A stretch of 64,000 nt of DNA from an uncultured Alphaproteobacteria bacterium (GTDB lineage Bacteria; Pseudomonadota; Alphaproteobacteria; Micropepsales; Micropepsaceae). A model generated the notes under the pieces. That model ran no database searches. It saw nothing but the letters and a program-made list of their open reading frames with translations, and was not told the DNA's origin. Shown one piece after another: positions 1 to 11,506 of this stretch; position 1 is the stretch's first letter; every line of letters starts with the position of its first letter. Position numbers and translations under genes: made by a program. The stretch is taken from contig CAVTLJ010000002.1 of assembly GCA_963735625.1 (NCBI GenBank), forward strand, positions 21,777 through 85,776. Direction: 5' to 3'.

Positions 1-1506
1 CGACGCTGCGCAGATCGTCATAGACATTGTAATAGAGCGACAGCGAGAAGGAGATATCCGCCATCGGCTGGGCGCGATAGCCCGCTTCGTAGGCGATAAG
101 CTTTTCCTCGCCGAAATGCCCGCCGGTGAGAAATAAGGTGCTGCCCAATAGTTCGTTCAGGTCGCGATCCCACAGCGACGGCGCGCGCACCGCCCGCGAA
201 ACCGACGCCCATAAGAGATCGCCGGAATCCGGTTTCCACGACGCGCGCATGCTGGGAAGAAATTGCACGCCGATGAAGGGGTCGTCCTCCACCTTGGCGC
301 CCGCGATCAGGTTCACGGTATCGGCGAGCGCGATGGTATCCTGCACGAAGGCGCTGGCCAGATGCTGCGTGGTCATCGGCGGCAGGAACTGGATGCTCGC
401 GATATTGTCGAACTTGTCTTCCATGTAGCGATAGTCGCCACCCCACACGAAATCCTGATCGTCGCCCCACGAAAAATTGTGCTGCACGTCCAGATCGAAA
501 GTGCGCAACGAATTGCCCAGGCTGCCCGGAACGTAGATCGTGTTGTAGTCGTAATAGGCCTGAATTTGCAGGGTGCGCGCCGCCATCGAGCGGCTGGTTC
601 CAGCGCGCCAGCAAGATTGTGCCCGCGCATGACGGCATTGCGGCGGCATCGCCTGATCTTCGAAGCCGGTGAAAGATATCGCCTTGCACCGTCAGCAGCG
701 CATTGTCCTGCGTCCAGTCGAGCCGGAAGCCGCTCTGGAATTTCTCCCAGCCATCTTCGGACATTCGCGCCGTTATGGTTCAAATCGTGGCGGTTGTGAA
801 AGCCCATGCCATAGATGCGAAGCGTCGTTTCGCCGTCGATCCGCCCGCCATATTGCGCGCTCGCGCCAATATCGAGATTGCCGGCTTGCGTCTTGCGCCA
901 CGCCGCCTTGCGTGTCGGCGGAGTTCTTCGTGATGATGTTGATGACGCCATTGACGGCGTTGGCGCCCCAAAGTGCTGCGCCCGGCCCGCTGATGATCTC
1001 GATGCGGTCGATATCTTCGGGCAAAACATATTGCAGGTCCCAGAACACGCCCGCATAAAGCGGCGTATAGACGCTGCGCCCGTCGATCAGCACAAGCAGC
1101 TTGTTGCCCGCGCCGTTGGACGTGTGTCGTGCCGTTGAAACCCGCGCGCGGTGATGGCATAGCTGTTGGCGCTTACCTGTGCGACCTCAAGGTTGGGCGC
1201 AAGCCGCAGGATTTCGGGGATCGACGTGGCGCCGGAGCGCATGATCTCGTCATGGCTGATGACATAGATCGCGGCCGGCGCGTCGCTCAAAGACTCCGGC
1301 GTTTTCGACACCGAGGTGATTTGGATATTGCCAAGGTCCTCGATGGACAATTCCTGCAACTGGGCCACCGACTGGTCGGAAGCATCCCCCTCGGCACGCG
1401 CCGAAGTATTGAGCGAGAAAATAAGGGCCACGGCCCCAATCGAGCCGGCCGCCAGCCTTGGGGCGCACATACGGCTCCAGCCCGATCCTACAGGTTGTGA
1501 ACTCAT
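1..1506 (-). CDS. TonB-dependent receptor (frameshifted, runs off the left edge); paralog of 18662..20605
   Basis: ORF pieces give a signal peptide, LQELSIEDLGNIQITSVSK, plug motifs LIDGRSVYTPLY and IDRIEIISGPGAALWGANAVNGVINIITK, then QSGFRLDW. Confidence 0.9.
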
Positions 1507-1559
1507 TTGCTGGCCCCCGGTCTTGCCAGTTCTGCCTAAGTATTCTTTGGGAGAATCAA

Positions 1560-1575
1560 GTTAACCACTCGTTAA
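1560..1575. promoter_or_regulatory. CtrA-binding box (TTAA-N7-TTAA)
   Basis: GTTAACCACTCGTTAA; the minus strand reads TTAA-N7-TTAAC; lies between the divergent receptor gene and fzlA. Confidence 0.7.
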
Positions 1576-1684
1576 TTTCGCACCAGTTCCGATTACTTTC
1601 CACCGGACTATTCGCCTTGTCCGGGCGGGGCACCGTCCCGCCCGGCACTAGGAGGCCCGCGCCCGATTCTCTAGATTGCCCGCC

Positions 1685-2335
1685 ATGCGCAAGCTGATTC
1701 ATCTGCTTATGTCGCCGCCATCGCGCTTTGCGCGGCTGTTGATCGCCGAGAAGCGGCTGTCCTGCGATCTTGTCGCGCCGGAGGATTTGTTCGCCCATCT
1801 GCCGGTGTTCACCGATCTCGACGGCACGCGCTGCGAAGGACTTTGGGCGATCGTCGATCATCTGGAGGGCAATTATCCCGATCATCCGCTGACGCCGGAG
1901 GAGCCGCGCGCGCGCGCCGAAGCGCTCAGGCTGGTCGATTGGGCGATGGGGCCGTTTCACGAAAGTGTGACGAAGAAGATCGTCTATGAAAAAGCCTCGC
2001 AGCGCTTTACCGGCACCAGCATCAAGCGCGCGCCCGACATGGCGATTGTGCGCGACGGGCGCGAGGCGCTGAAGGCGGCGCTCATGACCATCGGCACGAA
2101 TGCGGAGCTTCATGGCTGTCTTGCCGCGCGCGAATGTTCGCTGGGCGATCTGGCGGTGGCGGCCCATCTTTCGGCGCTGGATTATTTCGGAGAAGTTCCG
2201 TGGGCGGATTATCCGGCGGCCGCGGAATGGTATGTGCGGATGAAATCGCGGCCGTCTTTCCGCTCGCTGCTCGCCGACCGCGTGCCGGGCCAGCCGCCGG
2301 TATCGCATTATGCCGAGCTTGATGCCTGGACCTGA
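1685..2335 (+). CDS. fzlA: Glutathione S-transferase-like FtsZ-binding protein FzlA
   Basis: GST-like sequence with [33 protein letters not shown] and C-terminal HYAELD; sits directly before queG. Confidence 0.8.
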   Translation: MRKLIHLLMSPPSRFARLLIAEKRLSCDLVAPEDLFAHLPVFTDLDGTRCEGLWAIVDHLEGNYPDHPLTPEEPRARAEALRLVDWAMGPFHESVTKKIVYEKASQRFTGTSIKRAPDMAIVRDGREALKAALMTIGTNAELHGCLAARECSLGDLAVAAHLSALDYFGEVPWADYPAAAEWYVRMKSRPSFRSLLADRVPGQPPVSHYAELDAWT

Positions 2336-3429
2336 TCCGCGCGCGGCGATCATCGAGCGCGCCCTTGCCGAAGGCTTCGATGCGGTGGGCTTCGCGCGCG
2401 CCGAACTGCCGCGAGACGCGCGAGGAAATCTGGCAAAATTTCTTGGCGAAAATCGCCACGGCACGATGGCGTGGATGCAGAACAATGCCGAGCGGCGCGG
2501 CGATCCCCAAACGCTGTGGCCCGAAGCCAGAAGCGTGATCGTGCTGGCTGCGAATTACGGACCAGCGCGCGATCCGCTGGAGCATCATTGCGATAAAGAC
2601 ACCGGCGTGATCTCGGTCTATGCGCGCGGCGACGATTATCACGATGTCCTGAAGAAAAAACTCAAAAGCCTCGCCGGTTTTGTCGCGCGCGAATTCGGCG
2701 GCGATGTGAAGGTGTTCGTCGATACAGCACCTGTGATGGAAAAGCCGCTGGCGCAGATGGCCGGCATCGGCTGGCAGGGCAAGCACACCAATCTCGTCAG
2801 CCGGGAGTTCGGCTCGTGGCTGTTTCTGGGATCGGTGTTCACAACGCTCGATCTGGCGCCCAACGAAGCCGATGTCGATCATTGCGGCAATTGCCGGCAA
2901 TGCCTCGATGTCTGCCCGACGAACGCCTTCACAGCACCTTACGAGATCGATGCGCGGCGCTGCATTTCCTATCTCACCATCGAGCACAAGGGTCATATCC
3001 CGCGCGAATTCCGCGAGGCGATGGGCAACCGCATCTATGGCTGCGACGATTGCCTGGCCGTCTGCCCGTGGAACAAATTCGCCAGCATCGCGCACGAATC
3101 GCGGCTTCAGGCGCGTGACGAATTGAACGCACCCACATTGTCCGCGCTCGCAAAGCTCGACGATGCCGCATTCCGCGCATTGTTTCGCGGCTCGCCCATC
3201 AAGCGCATCGGCCGCGACCGCTTCGTGCGCAATGTGCTCATCGCCATCGGCAATTCGGGCGATGCCGCGCTGATCGGCATTGCGAAAGATTTGCTCGCCG
3301 ATCCTTCGCCGCTCGTGCGCGCCATGGCGGTGTGGGCGCTGTCGCGACTTGCTGGACAAAAAATCTTTTGCCGCGCTCGCCGCCGCCGCGAACGAAACCG
3401 ATGCGGATGTGCAGCAGGAATGGGCCTAG
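2322..3429 (+). CDS. queG: tRNA epoxyqueuosine(34) reductase (frameshift near the 3' end)
   Basis: [60 protein letters not shown]; probable true end QQEWA-stop at 3427-3429. Confidence 0.93.
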
Positions 3430-3430
3430 T

Positions 3431-4225
3431 TTACGGCACCGCCGGAACAGCGAGCGCCGCTGCCGATGATGGCGCGGGCTCAAGCTCCGCAAGCCTCTTG
3501 CGCGCTTCATTCGCTTCCGCGCTGTTCGGGCTGCTGTCGATCACCGCCTGCCAGTCGGCGCGCGCGCCATCGCCATCGCCGTCTTCCATCTTCATGCTGC
3601 CGCGCTCCAGCAGCGCCTCGGCGTAATTGGGCCTCAAATGCAGCGCCTGATCGAGATCGGCGCGCGCAGCCGCCTTGCGGCCCAGCGCATGGCGCGCGCT
3701 CGCCCGCAACACATAAAGTTCGGGATTGGCCACGTCGCGCAGGAGCGCCGCGGAAAGATCGCGCTCCGCCGCACCCCAATCCTTGCGCAAGGCGCTTGCA
3801 CGCGCGCGATCCATCAACAGATCGGGATTGCCCGGCGTGAGCGCGAGGCCTGCGGTAAACGAGTCATTGGCCTGTGGCGCGAGCGAGGCGAGCAGCCACG
3901 CATTGCCCGCCTGATCGAAGATCGTCGCGCGGTCGGCCGGCGTGCCCACATTCTTGTCGCGCGCAAGCCGGTCGAGCTTGGCGGCGGCTTCGGCGTAACG
4001 CTTCAGCCCCGTCATCGCCACCGCCATGCAATGATCGGCAGGCGCGCCGCCGTTCCATTTTATCGCGGCGTCGAGGGCGGCTTGCGGGCTCGCACGCGCC
4101 AGCGAAAGGCATCGCTCATAGCGATTGGAACCGGGCAGCGACAGATCGTCGAGCTGGGTATATTCCGCCGCGAGCGCGGGCGAAGCGAGCAACACCATCA
4201 CGATGACAAAAGAAGAAAAACGCAT
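3431..4225 (-). CDS. Secreted tetratricopeptide-repeat protein
   Basis: Signal peptide (LLASPALA) followed by Ala-rich TPR-like helices ([23 protein letters not shown]). Confidence 0.8.
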   Translation of the reverse strand: MRFSSFVIVMVLLASPALAAEYTQLDDLSLPGSNRYERCLSLARASPQAALDAAIKWNGGAPADHCMAVAMTGLKRYAEAAAKLDRLARDKNVGTPADRATIFDQAGNAWLLASLAPQANDSFTAGLALTPGNPDLLMDRARASALRKDWGAAERDLSAALLRDVANPELYVLRASARHALGRKAAARADLDQALHLRPNYAEALLERGSMKMEDGDGDGARADWQAVIDSSPNSAEANEARKRLAELEPAPSSAAALAVPAVP

Positions 4226-4248
4226 GTTCCTGCTAACTCTGAAAGGCG

Positions 4249-4320
4249 CCCCTCACCCTTCGACAAGCTCAGGGTGAGGGATAACGCATACCCCTCATGC
4301 TGAGCTTGTCGAAGCTGAGG
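4249..4320. repeat. REP-like inverted palindrome pair (CTTCGACAAGCTCAG family), copy 1
   Basis: CCTCACCCTTCGACAAGCTCAGGGTGAGG ... CCTCATGCTGAGCTTGTCGAAGC; related copy at 39611. Confidence 0.8.
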
Positions 4321-4360
4321 AAAGCAACTTGGCACAAAACCAAGGCGGCAAATGCGAAAC

Positions 4361-5105
4361 CTATTTAATGTTGGCGATAAGCCCCTCAAGCGCCGCAATC
4401 ATGCGCGCGAGATCGGGCGGATTGGAGAGCCGGTGATCGCCGTTCTTGATGAGCGTCAGCGTCACGTCGCCCTCGATCCGCTCCACGGTCTTCACCGCGT
4501 GCATCCAGGGCACATCCGGGTCCTGCATGCCTTGCAGGATACGCACGGGAAAATTGAATGCGAGCGGCCCATCGAGAACGAGATTCTTCCGCCCGTCCTC
4601 GATCAGCGCGCGCGTGATGGGATAGGGGTCCTCGCCATGCTCCGATGGCCATTCCCATTCGCCCTTTTCCATGATCTGGCGCTTCACGTCGTCTTCCATA
4701 TGCGCCCACATCAGTCTCTCGGTGAAATCGGCGGCGGGCGCGAGCAACATCATGCCTGCCACGCGCTCCGGCCGCGCCAACGCAACCAAGCAGTGCAATC
4801 CAGCCGCCCATGCTGGAGCCGACAAGGATTTGCGGCCCCTTGGTAAGATTGTCGAGCACCGCCAGCGCGTCATCTCGCCAGCGCGAGATGGTGCCCTTGC
4901 GGAAATCGCCCGAGGATTGCCCGTGGCCGAAATAATCGAAGCACACCAGCGCTCGCCCCTGGCGCGCCGCCCATTCGCCCAGCGCCGTCGCCTTGGTGCC
5001 CGTCATGTCGGACTTGAAGCCGCCCAGCCAAAGAATGCCCGGAGGCTTCCCGTCGCGCGCCAAATAGGCGATTGTCTCGCCGTCCTCGCGTTTCAATCTT
5101 TCCAT
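4361..5105 (-). CDS. Alpha/beta hydrolase (frameshifted)
   Basis: LGGFKSDMTGTKA, FDYFGHGQSSG, nucleophile motif GSSMGG, QGMQDPDVPW, GDHRLS. Confidence 0.88.
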
Positions 5106-5116
5106 GTTCAAATCCC

Positions 5117-6272
5117 GTGACGCAAACGCACCATAGTGAAAGCGCCGCCGCGCGGCCAGCCATACTGCAATTCGTGCCGTCGCTGGATGCGGGCGGCGCC
5201 GAGCGCACGACCGTCGATGTGGCCGCCGCACTTGGCGGCCGGCGGTTTCGCGGCGCTTGTGGCCTCCGAGGGCGGAAGGCTCGCGCCGGAATTGGCCGCG
5301 GCGGGCGGCGAATTGATCGCGCTGCCGATGGCGAGCAAATCGCCGCTGACGATGGCCGCGAATGTGCTTCGCCTTGCGCCACATCATCCGTACACGGAAT
5401 GTGAAGCTCGTCCATGCCCGCTCGCGCGCGCCCGCCTGGAGCGGATTGCTGGCCGCGCGGCTTGCGGGCGTGCCGTTCGTGACCACCTATCACGGCATCT
5501 ACAATGCGAAAAGCGCGCTCAAGCGTTTCTACAATTCGGTAATGGTGCGGGGCGCGGCCGTGATCGCCAATTCGCAATGGACCGCCGATCATATCGCGCG
5601 CGAATATGGCATCGCGCCCGAACGCATCACGGTCATTCCGCGCGGCGTCGATCTTGCGCGAATTCGATCCCGCCGCCGTTTCGCCCGAACGCATCGCCGC
5701 GTTGCGCGCGCAATGGGAAGCGAAGAAGAACGATCTCGTCATCCTGCTTCCGGGGCGGTTGACGCGCTGGAAAGGCCAGACTCGTTCTGATCGAGGCGAT
5801 GAAGCAGCTCGATCTGCCGAATGCGCGCGCGATTCTGGCGGGCGATGCACAGGGCCGAAACGCCTATGTCGCCGAATTGCGCGAAGCGGCGAAAGGATTT
5901 GAACATCGTCATCACCGGTCATGTGTGCGACATGGCGGCGGCGTATCTGGCGTGCGACATCGTCGTGTCCGCGTCCATCGACGCGGAAGCGTTTGGCCGC
6001 GTCGCCGCCGAAGCCGGCGCCATGGGCCGCGTCGGTGATCGCAACCGATCATGGCGGCGCACGCGAAACGATCCTCAATGGCGTATCGGGCGTGTTGACG
6101 CCACCCGGCGATGTGGCAGCACTCGCGAATGCGCTTGAGAAGGCCGCCGCATTGGGACCGAAGGGCCGCGCGAAAATGGGCGCGGCCGCGCAAGACCCAT
6201 GTCCGCCAACATTTCACGCGCGAAAGAATGTGCGCCGATACGCTCGCGCTTTATCGCCGGCTGATCGGTTAG
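5117..6272 (+). CDS. Glycosyltransferase family 4 (several frameshifts)
   Basis: LQFVPSLDAGGAER, VHARSRAPAWS, TTYHGIY, PGRLTRWKGQ, EAFGRVAAEA. Confidence 0.85.
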
Positions 6273-6329
6273 GGGTTTGCGCAGGCCCATCTTCTGCTAG
6301 GCTTCATGAAAATAAACGGGAGGATTGGC

Positions 6330-7677
6330 ATGCGATCGGGTTCGCCGTGGCATTGGCCGCGATGCTGTTTTTGATCTGCGCGCCCCGCATCGGCGCAGGA
6401 TTCGCCGCGCGCGGCTCCACCGATCACCAAGGTCACGATCGAAAAACTTCCCCTGCCCGGCGTTGCCAATTTCGATCCGAGAAGGCGACCGACGCCTATC
6501 TCGCGCAAGTGAGCGGCAAGGCGCGCGCGCAATCCGATTCCTATTTCGAAGGCGGCTATGTGCTGCTGTTCGTGGATGCGCTTTACGCGGTACTGGTGTC
6601 GGCGCTGCTTTTGTGGCTGCGCATTTCGGCGGCGATGCGCAATTTCGCGCAAGGCATTACGCGCTCGCGCTTCTGGCAGGTGCCGATCTATGTGTTCCAA
6701 TATGTCATCGTTGCGGGTGTCGCCACATTTCCGCTGACGCTGTACGAGGAATTCTTCCGCGAGCACGCATACGGGCTTTCCAACCAGACATTTCTGGCAT
6801 GGCTCGGCGATTTCGCCACCGGCTTCGGCGTCGATCTGCTCGCAATGATGATTTTCCTGACGGTGATCTACGCCATCATTCGTGGCAGCCGCAGGCTCTG
6901 GTGGTTGTGGGGCAGTATCATCGCGGTCGTGTTTCTCGCCATCGCCATTATGATCATCGCCGGTGTTCATCGCGCCGCTGTTCAATCATTACTAGCCGCT
7001 GAAGGATGGGCCGGTCAAAACGCAGATACTGTCGCTGGCGCGCGCCAATCTCATTCCGGTCGACAATGTCTATGAGTATGACGCCTCGCGGCAGACCAAG
7101 GAAATCTCGGCCAATGTCTCCGGCTTCCTCGGCACCACGCGCATTTCGCTGGCCGACAATCTGCTCACGCGCTGCAACCCGCGCGAGATTCTGGCCGTGG
7201 TCGGCCATGAGATGGGCCATTATGTGCTCGATCACGCGGCGATCCTGCTGACCTGGCTCGGGCTTCTCTATCTCATCGGCTTCGTGTTCGTGAATTGGGG
7301 ATTTGCGCGCGCTCGCCGATCTGTTCGGCGGCAATTGGGACGTGCGCAGCATCGACGATCCGGCGGGATTGCCGCTGCTGATCTTGGCGCTGGTTTCGAT
7401 CTTCATGCTCATTAGCACGCCGGTTTCCAACACCATCGTGCGCACCGCCGAACGGCAGGCCGATATTTTCGGGCTCAACGCGGCGCGCCAGCCCGACGGC
7501 TTCGCGACGGCGACATTGAAATCGGCGGAATATCGAAAGCTCGATCCCTCGCCGCTCGAAGAATTTATTTTCTACGATCATCCCTCGGGGCGCAGCCGCA
7601 TCTCGATGGCGATGCGCTGGAAGGCGGCGCATATCAACGATCCCGATATCGCCGAAGGCCCGATATCACCGCAATGA
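6330..7677 (+). CDS. M48 (STE24-like) membrane zinc metallopeptidase (frameshifted)
   Basis: GGGAGG RBS, several TM segments, [16 protein letters not shown] zinc motif, ERQAD, YDHPS. Confidence 0.85.
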
Positions 7678-8632
7678 TTTGGCGAATGCCGTGAGCAGCG
7701 GATCGTCGTTCTGGAAGACGTAATCGACTTCGTGCGCCGTGACCGCGCCCTGCGCCGCGCAGGATATTCATTGCGATCATCAGATTGCCGCGCGGGACAC
7801 AGGATGGAATAATCGCCCGTGCCGCCTGCGACAGGATTTGCGCTGACGGCTTCCTTCTGCACTTGCGCCAGAATCTTTTTCGCATTGCCGGAAAGCCGCC
7901 CGCGCAACACCAGCGAGGCTTTCGCCCGTTCGCGCGCGGCAAGGCGCGAGAGCAGCGTTTCGGCGATCTTGCGCACAGGTGCTGCCCATTTCGCGGCGAG
8001 GCTGGCGGCCAGTTGCGCCTGACTTTGCAGGATCACACCGTCATCCAGCACTTTCAGTCCGTTGGCCGCGAGCGTCGCGCCGGTGGTGGTGATGTCGACG
8101 ATCGCTTCGGCCGTGCCGGCGGCCGGCGCGCCTTCGGTGGCGCCCGCGCTTTCCACGATGCGGTAATCGGCGATGCCCGCACGCGCGAAAAACGCGCGCG
8201 TCAGCGTGAGATATTTCGTGGCGACGCGCAGGCGGCGGCGATGGCGCTGGGCGAATGCGGCGCAGACATCGTCCAGATCGGCCATGGTCGACGACGTCGA
8301 TCCAGGATTGCGGCACGGCCACCACCACATCGGCAAAGCCGAAGCCGAGCGGCTTTATCAGTGGATGCGGCCGTCGAGCGTCCGGCGCCTGCTCGCGGAG
8401 CAGATCCTCGCCGGTGACGCCCAGATGCACATCGCCGGCCAGCAGCGCGGCCGCGATTTCCGACGCCGACAGCAGCATCACATCGACATCGGGAAAGCCC
8501 GCCAAGCGTGGCGCGATAGCCGCGCGCGCCCGCCGCCTGCTTCATCGGCAATCCGGCATCGGCGAAATAGTCGTTCACCTGTTCCTGCAGGCGGCCCTTC
8601 GACGGCACCGCCAAGTGTGAGCGCGCGCTCAT
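7666..8632 (-). CDS. hisG: ATP phosphoribosyltransferase (frameshifted)
   Basis: [48 protein letters not shown]. Confidence 0.92.
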
Positions 8633-9812
8633 CACGCGCCTCCCTGCGCGCGACGCGCGGCCAGCACGCGCTCGGTGCGGATGGCGCAGCCGATGGCGCG
8701 GAATGTGCTGCTTCGGCGCCCAGCATCTTCGAGCAGCGTGTCGTAGCGCCCGCCGCCGGCGACCTGCACCGGGCCTTCGCTGTCGCGCGACCACAGCTCG
8801 AACACGAAGCCGGTGTAATATTCCATGTTGCGGCCGAAACGCGCGGCGAAGCTGACGCGCTCCGGCGCGATGCCGAGCGATTTAAGCGCGGCAAGCCGCG
8901 CGCTCCATCGCCGGCAAGCGGCGCTTCGAGCTTCGACGCCCGCCGATTTCGTCAGCGTGCGGATTTGCGCCAGCGCCTCCGCCGCCGGTGCCCGGAAATC
9001 GCCAGCAATTGCGCGATGCAGCTTCGCCATCTTCGGATCGAAGCGCAGCGCCGCGCATCGGCCGCCTGTTCCATCAGCCGATCGACGATTTCCTCGCGCG
9101 TGCGCGCGCCCTGCTGCGCCGCGCCGAACAGATCCATCAAGCCTTCGAAGGCCGCGCGCGCTTCCGCATCGCCCAGCGCGCCCAGATGCGCGAGCAGGCG
9201 CTGCGCATCGGACGGCGCGCCTTTCGACATGCGCGCGAGCAGCGCCTCGAAATATCCGGCGCGCCAGAAATGGCGCTTCAGCCGCCCGCGCCATTGCGCC
9301 GGCACGTCGAGCGCATCGACCAAGGCGCCGAACAGAGCCGAGATCGCCGACCTTCATCGTGAAATTCTTCAGCCCCGCGGCGCGCATGGCTTCGACCGCC
9401 AGCGTCGAGGATTTCGGTTTCGGCGGCGGCGCGATCCTTCACGCCGAGCAATTCGACGCCCGCCTGGAAGAATTGCGTCGGGCGATCGCGGCTCGGCCGG
9501 CTGATGGCGGAAGACGAGGCCGTTATAGCAAAGCCGCGCGGGAAGCTTCGCTGCCGTCGACCGCATACATCTTGCAGATCGGAATGGTGAGATCGGGGCG
9601 CAGGCACAGCTCGCTGCCCGACGGATCGGTGAGGGCGAAGGTGCGGCGGCGGATTTCCTCGCCCGAACGGTCGAGGAAAATATCGGCCGGCTGCAGCACC
9701 GACGGCTCGGCGCGCGTATAGCCGCGCGCCGCGAAGCACGCCGAGGATCGCGGCGGCCTGCGCGTCGAGCGCTCGCGATCTGCTTGGCGTCGTAATTGGG
9801 AAAGGCGGTCAT
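8632..9812 (-). CDS. hisZ: ATP phosphoribosyltransferase regulatory subunit (frameshifted)
   Basis: Truncated HisRS-like sequence (FGRNMEYYTGFVFE, AGGGRYDTL) located between hisS and hisG. Confidence 0.88.
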
Positions 9813-9813
9813 T

Positions 9814-11307
9814 TCAGCTGCTCCGCAGCATGGCGCGGACTTCCGTCGACGAGATCGCCGCGCTTGACCGTCATCTGCGCCTGGCGATCGCCCACCCATT
9901 CGGCGCGGCTTTCGACGGACTTGGCCAGTTCGGCGCCGAGCGCCAGATCCTTGATCGTGACCTTCGCCTTGCGCGCGTTCGTCCGGACCTTCGATGACGG
10001 CGATCGCGGCGCCGCGCTTGTCGGCATATTTGAGCTGGTCGCCGAATTTGCCGGTGCCGACATAGGCTTCGGCGCGCAGCCCGCGGCGCGCAGTTCGCGC
10101 GCCATTTCGAAAGCTATGCGCGACCTCGGCCTTGTCGATCACCGAGCACGACGACGAGCGGCGTCGATCTCGCCGGCCAGATGCCGCGCTGCATCAAGCG
10201 CCGACAGCAGGCGGCTGACACGCCGATGGAAACGCCGGTCGCCGGAACCTGCTGGCCGGTGAAGCGCGCGACGAGATCGTCATAGCGCCCGCCGCCGGCG
10301 ACCGAGCCGAACACCACCGCCTCGCCGTCTTCGTTCTTCACCGGGAATGTGAGCTGCGCTTCGAACACCGGGCCGGTGTAATAATCGAGGCCGCGCACTA
10401 CTGCCGGTATCGAACTGCACTCGGTCGTCGCCATAACCGGACGCCGAAGCATGCTGACGATCTCGTTCGCAGCTCGTCGAGGCCGCTTCGCCGATCTGCG
10501 CTGCCGCCGACCAGCGTGCGCGATCTGGCGCAGACGCGCATCGCTCGTCTGTTTGCGTCGGGCGCGAAACAAAGTCCAGCACTCGCGTCGATCTGCTCTG
10601 GCGTTCAGCTCCGCGCCCTTGGTGAAGTCGCCGGACTCGTCCTTGCGGCCGCGCCCAGCAGCGTCGCGCACACCGCCAGCGCCCAAGCCGATCCAGCTTG
10701 TCGATGGCGCGCAGCACGATGCCGCGCCGTTGCGGTCTGTCAATGGCACTGCCAGCTGCTTCCAGCACGCCGTCGAGCAGCTTGCGGCTGTTGAGCTTGA
10801 CGATGTAGTCGCCGCGCTTGAGCCCCAGCGCCTCCAGCGTATCGGCACAGCATCATCAGCAGTTCGGCGTCGGCGGCGGGGGAGGCGGTGCCGACCGTGT
10901 CGGCATCGAACTGGGTGAATTCGCGGTAGCGGCCGGGGCCCGGCTTCTCGTTGCGCCACACCTGCCCCACCTGATAGCGGCGGAAGGGCTTGGGCAGGTT
11001 CTGGAAATTCTCCGCGACATAGCGGGCGAGCGGCGCGGTCAGGTCGTAGCGCAGCGACAGCCACTGCTCGTCGTCGTCCTTGAGCGAGAACACGCCTTCG
11101 TTCGGGCGGTCGAGATCGGGCAGGAATTTGCCGAGCGCGTCGGTGTATTCGAAGGCGGGCGTTTCCAGCGGCGCGAAGCCATAGGACTCATAGACCCCGC
11201 GGATGGTGTCGAGCATGGCGCCGCTCGGCCGCGATTTCGGCTCCGCCGCGGTCGCGAAAGCCGCGCGGAAGCCGCGCCTTGGGGCGGGAGGGTTTTTGCG
11301 TGCTCAT
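9814..11307 (-). CDS. hisS: Histidine--tRNA ligase (many frameshifts)
   Basis: [54 protein letters not shown]. Confidence 0.95.
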
Positions 11308-11410
11308 GGGCCGGGTCGCTCATAATGGGCGCTTCCATAAAGGGTAACCCCGATTCCGGCAAGGAATTCTTGAAACAATGTTGCAGGCCGGTATTCGAAC
11401 CTCGAAAAAC

Positions 11411-11502
11411 GGGAGGGGGGTCCCCCCGTACGCCCCTCGGCTGCGCGCACCTCCGCCGTAAGCGCTTCGCGTCGGCACCTCGGCCGCCGTAGACAGGGGA
11501 GG
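11411..11502. repeat. Possible degenerate REP-like intergenic element
   Basis: GC-rich hairpins with a duplicated GCACCTC..GCCGTA unit between hisS and the PQQ dehydrogenase. Confidence 0.35.
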
Positions 11503-11506
11503 AAAC

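Noticed and set aside
2310-3626. QueG with a long novel C-terminal extension
   Set aside because: The extension follows a frameshift near 3360 and overlaps the opposite-strand TPR gene.
7666-11307. his genes (and mfd, recG, opp) as pseudogenes or programmed frameshifts
   Set aside because: Indels are numerous and scattered, motifs are intact and hisS is essential; this is best explained by read errors.
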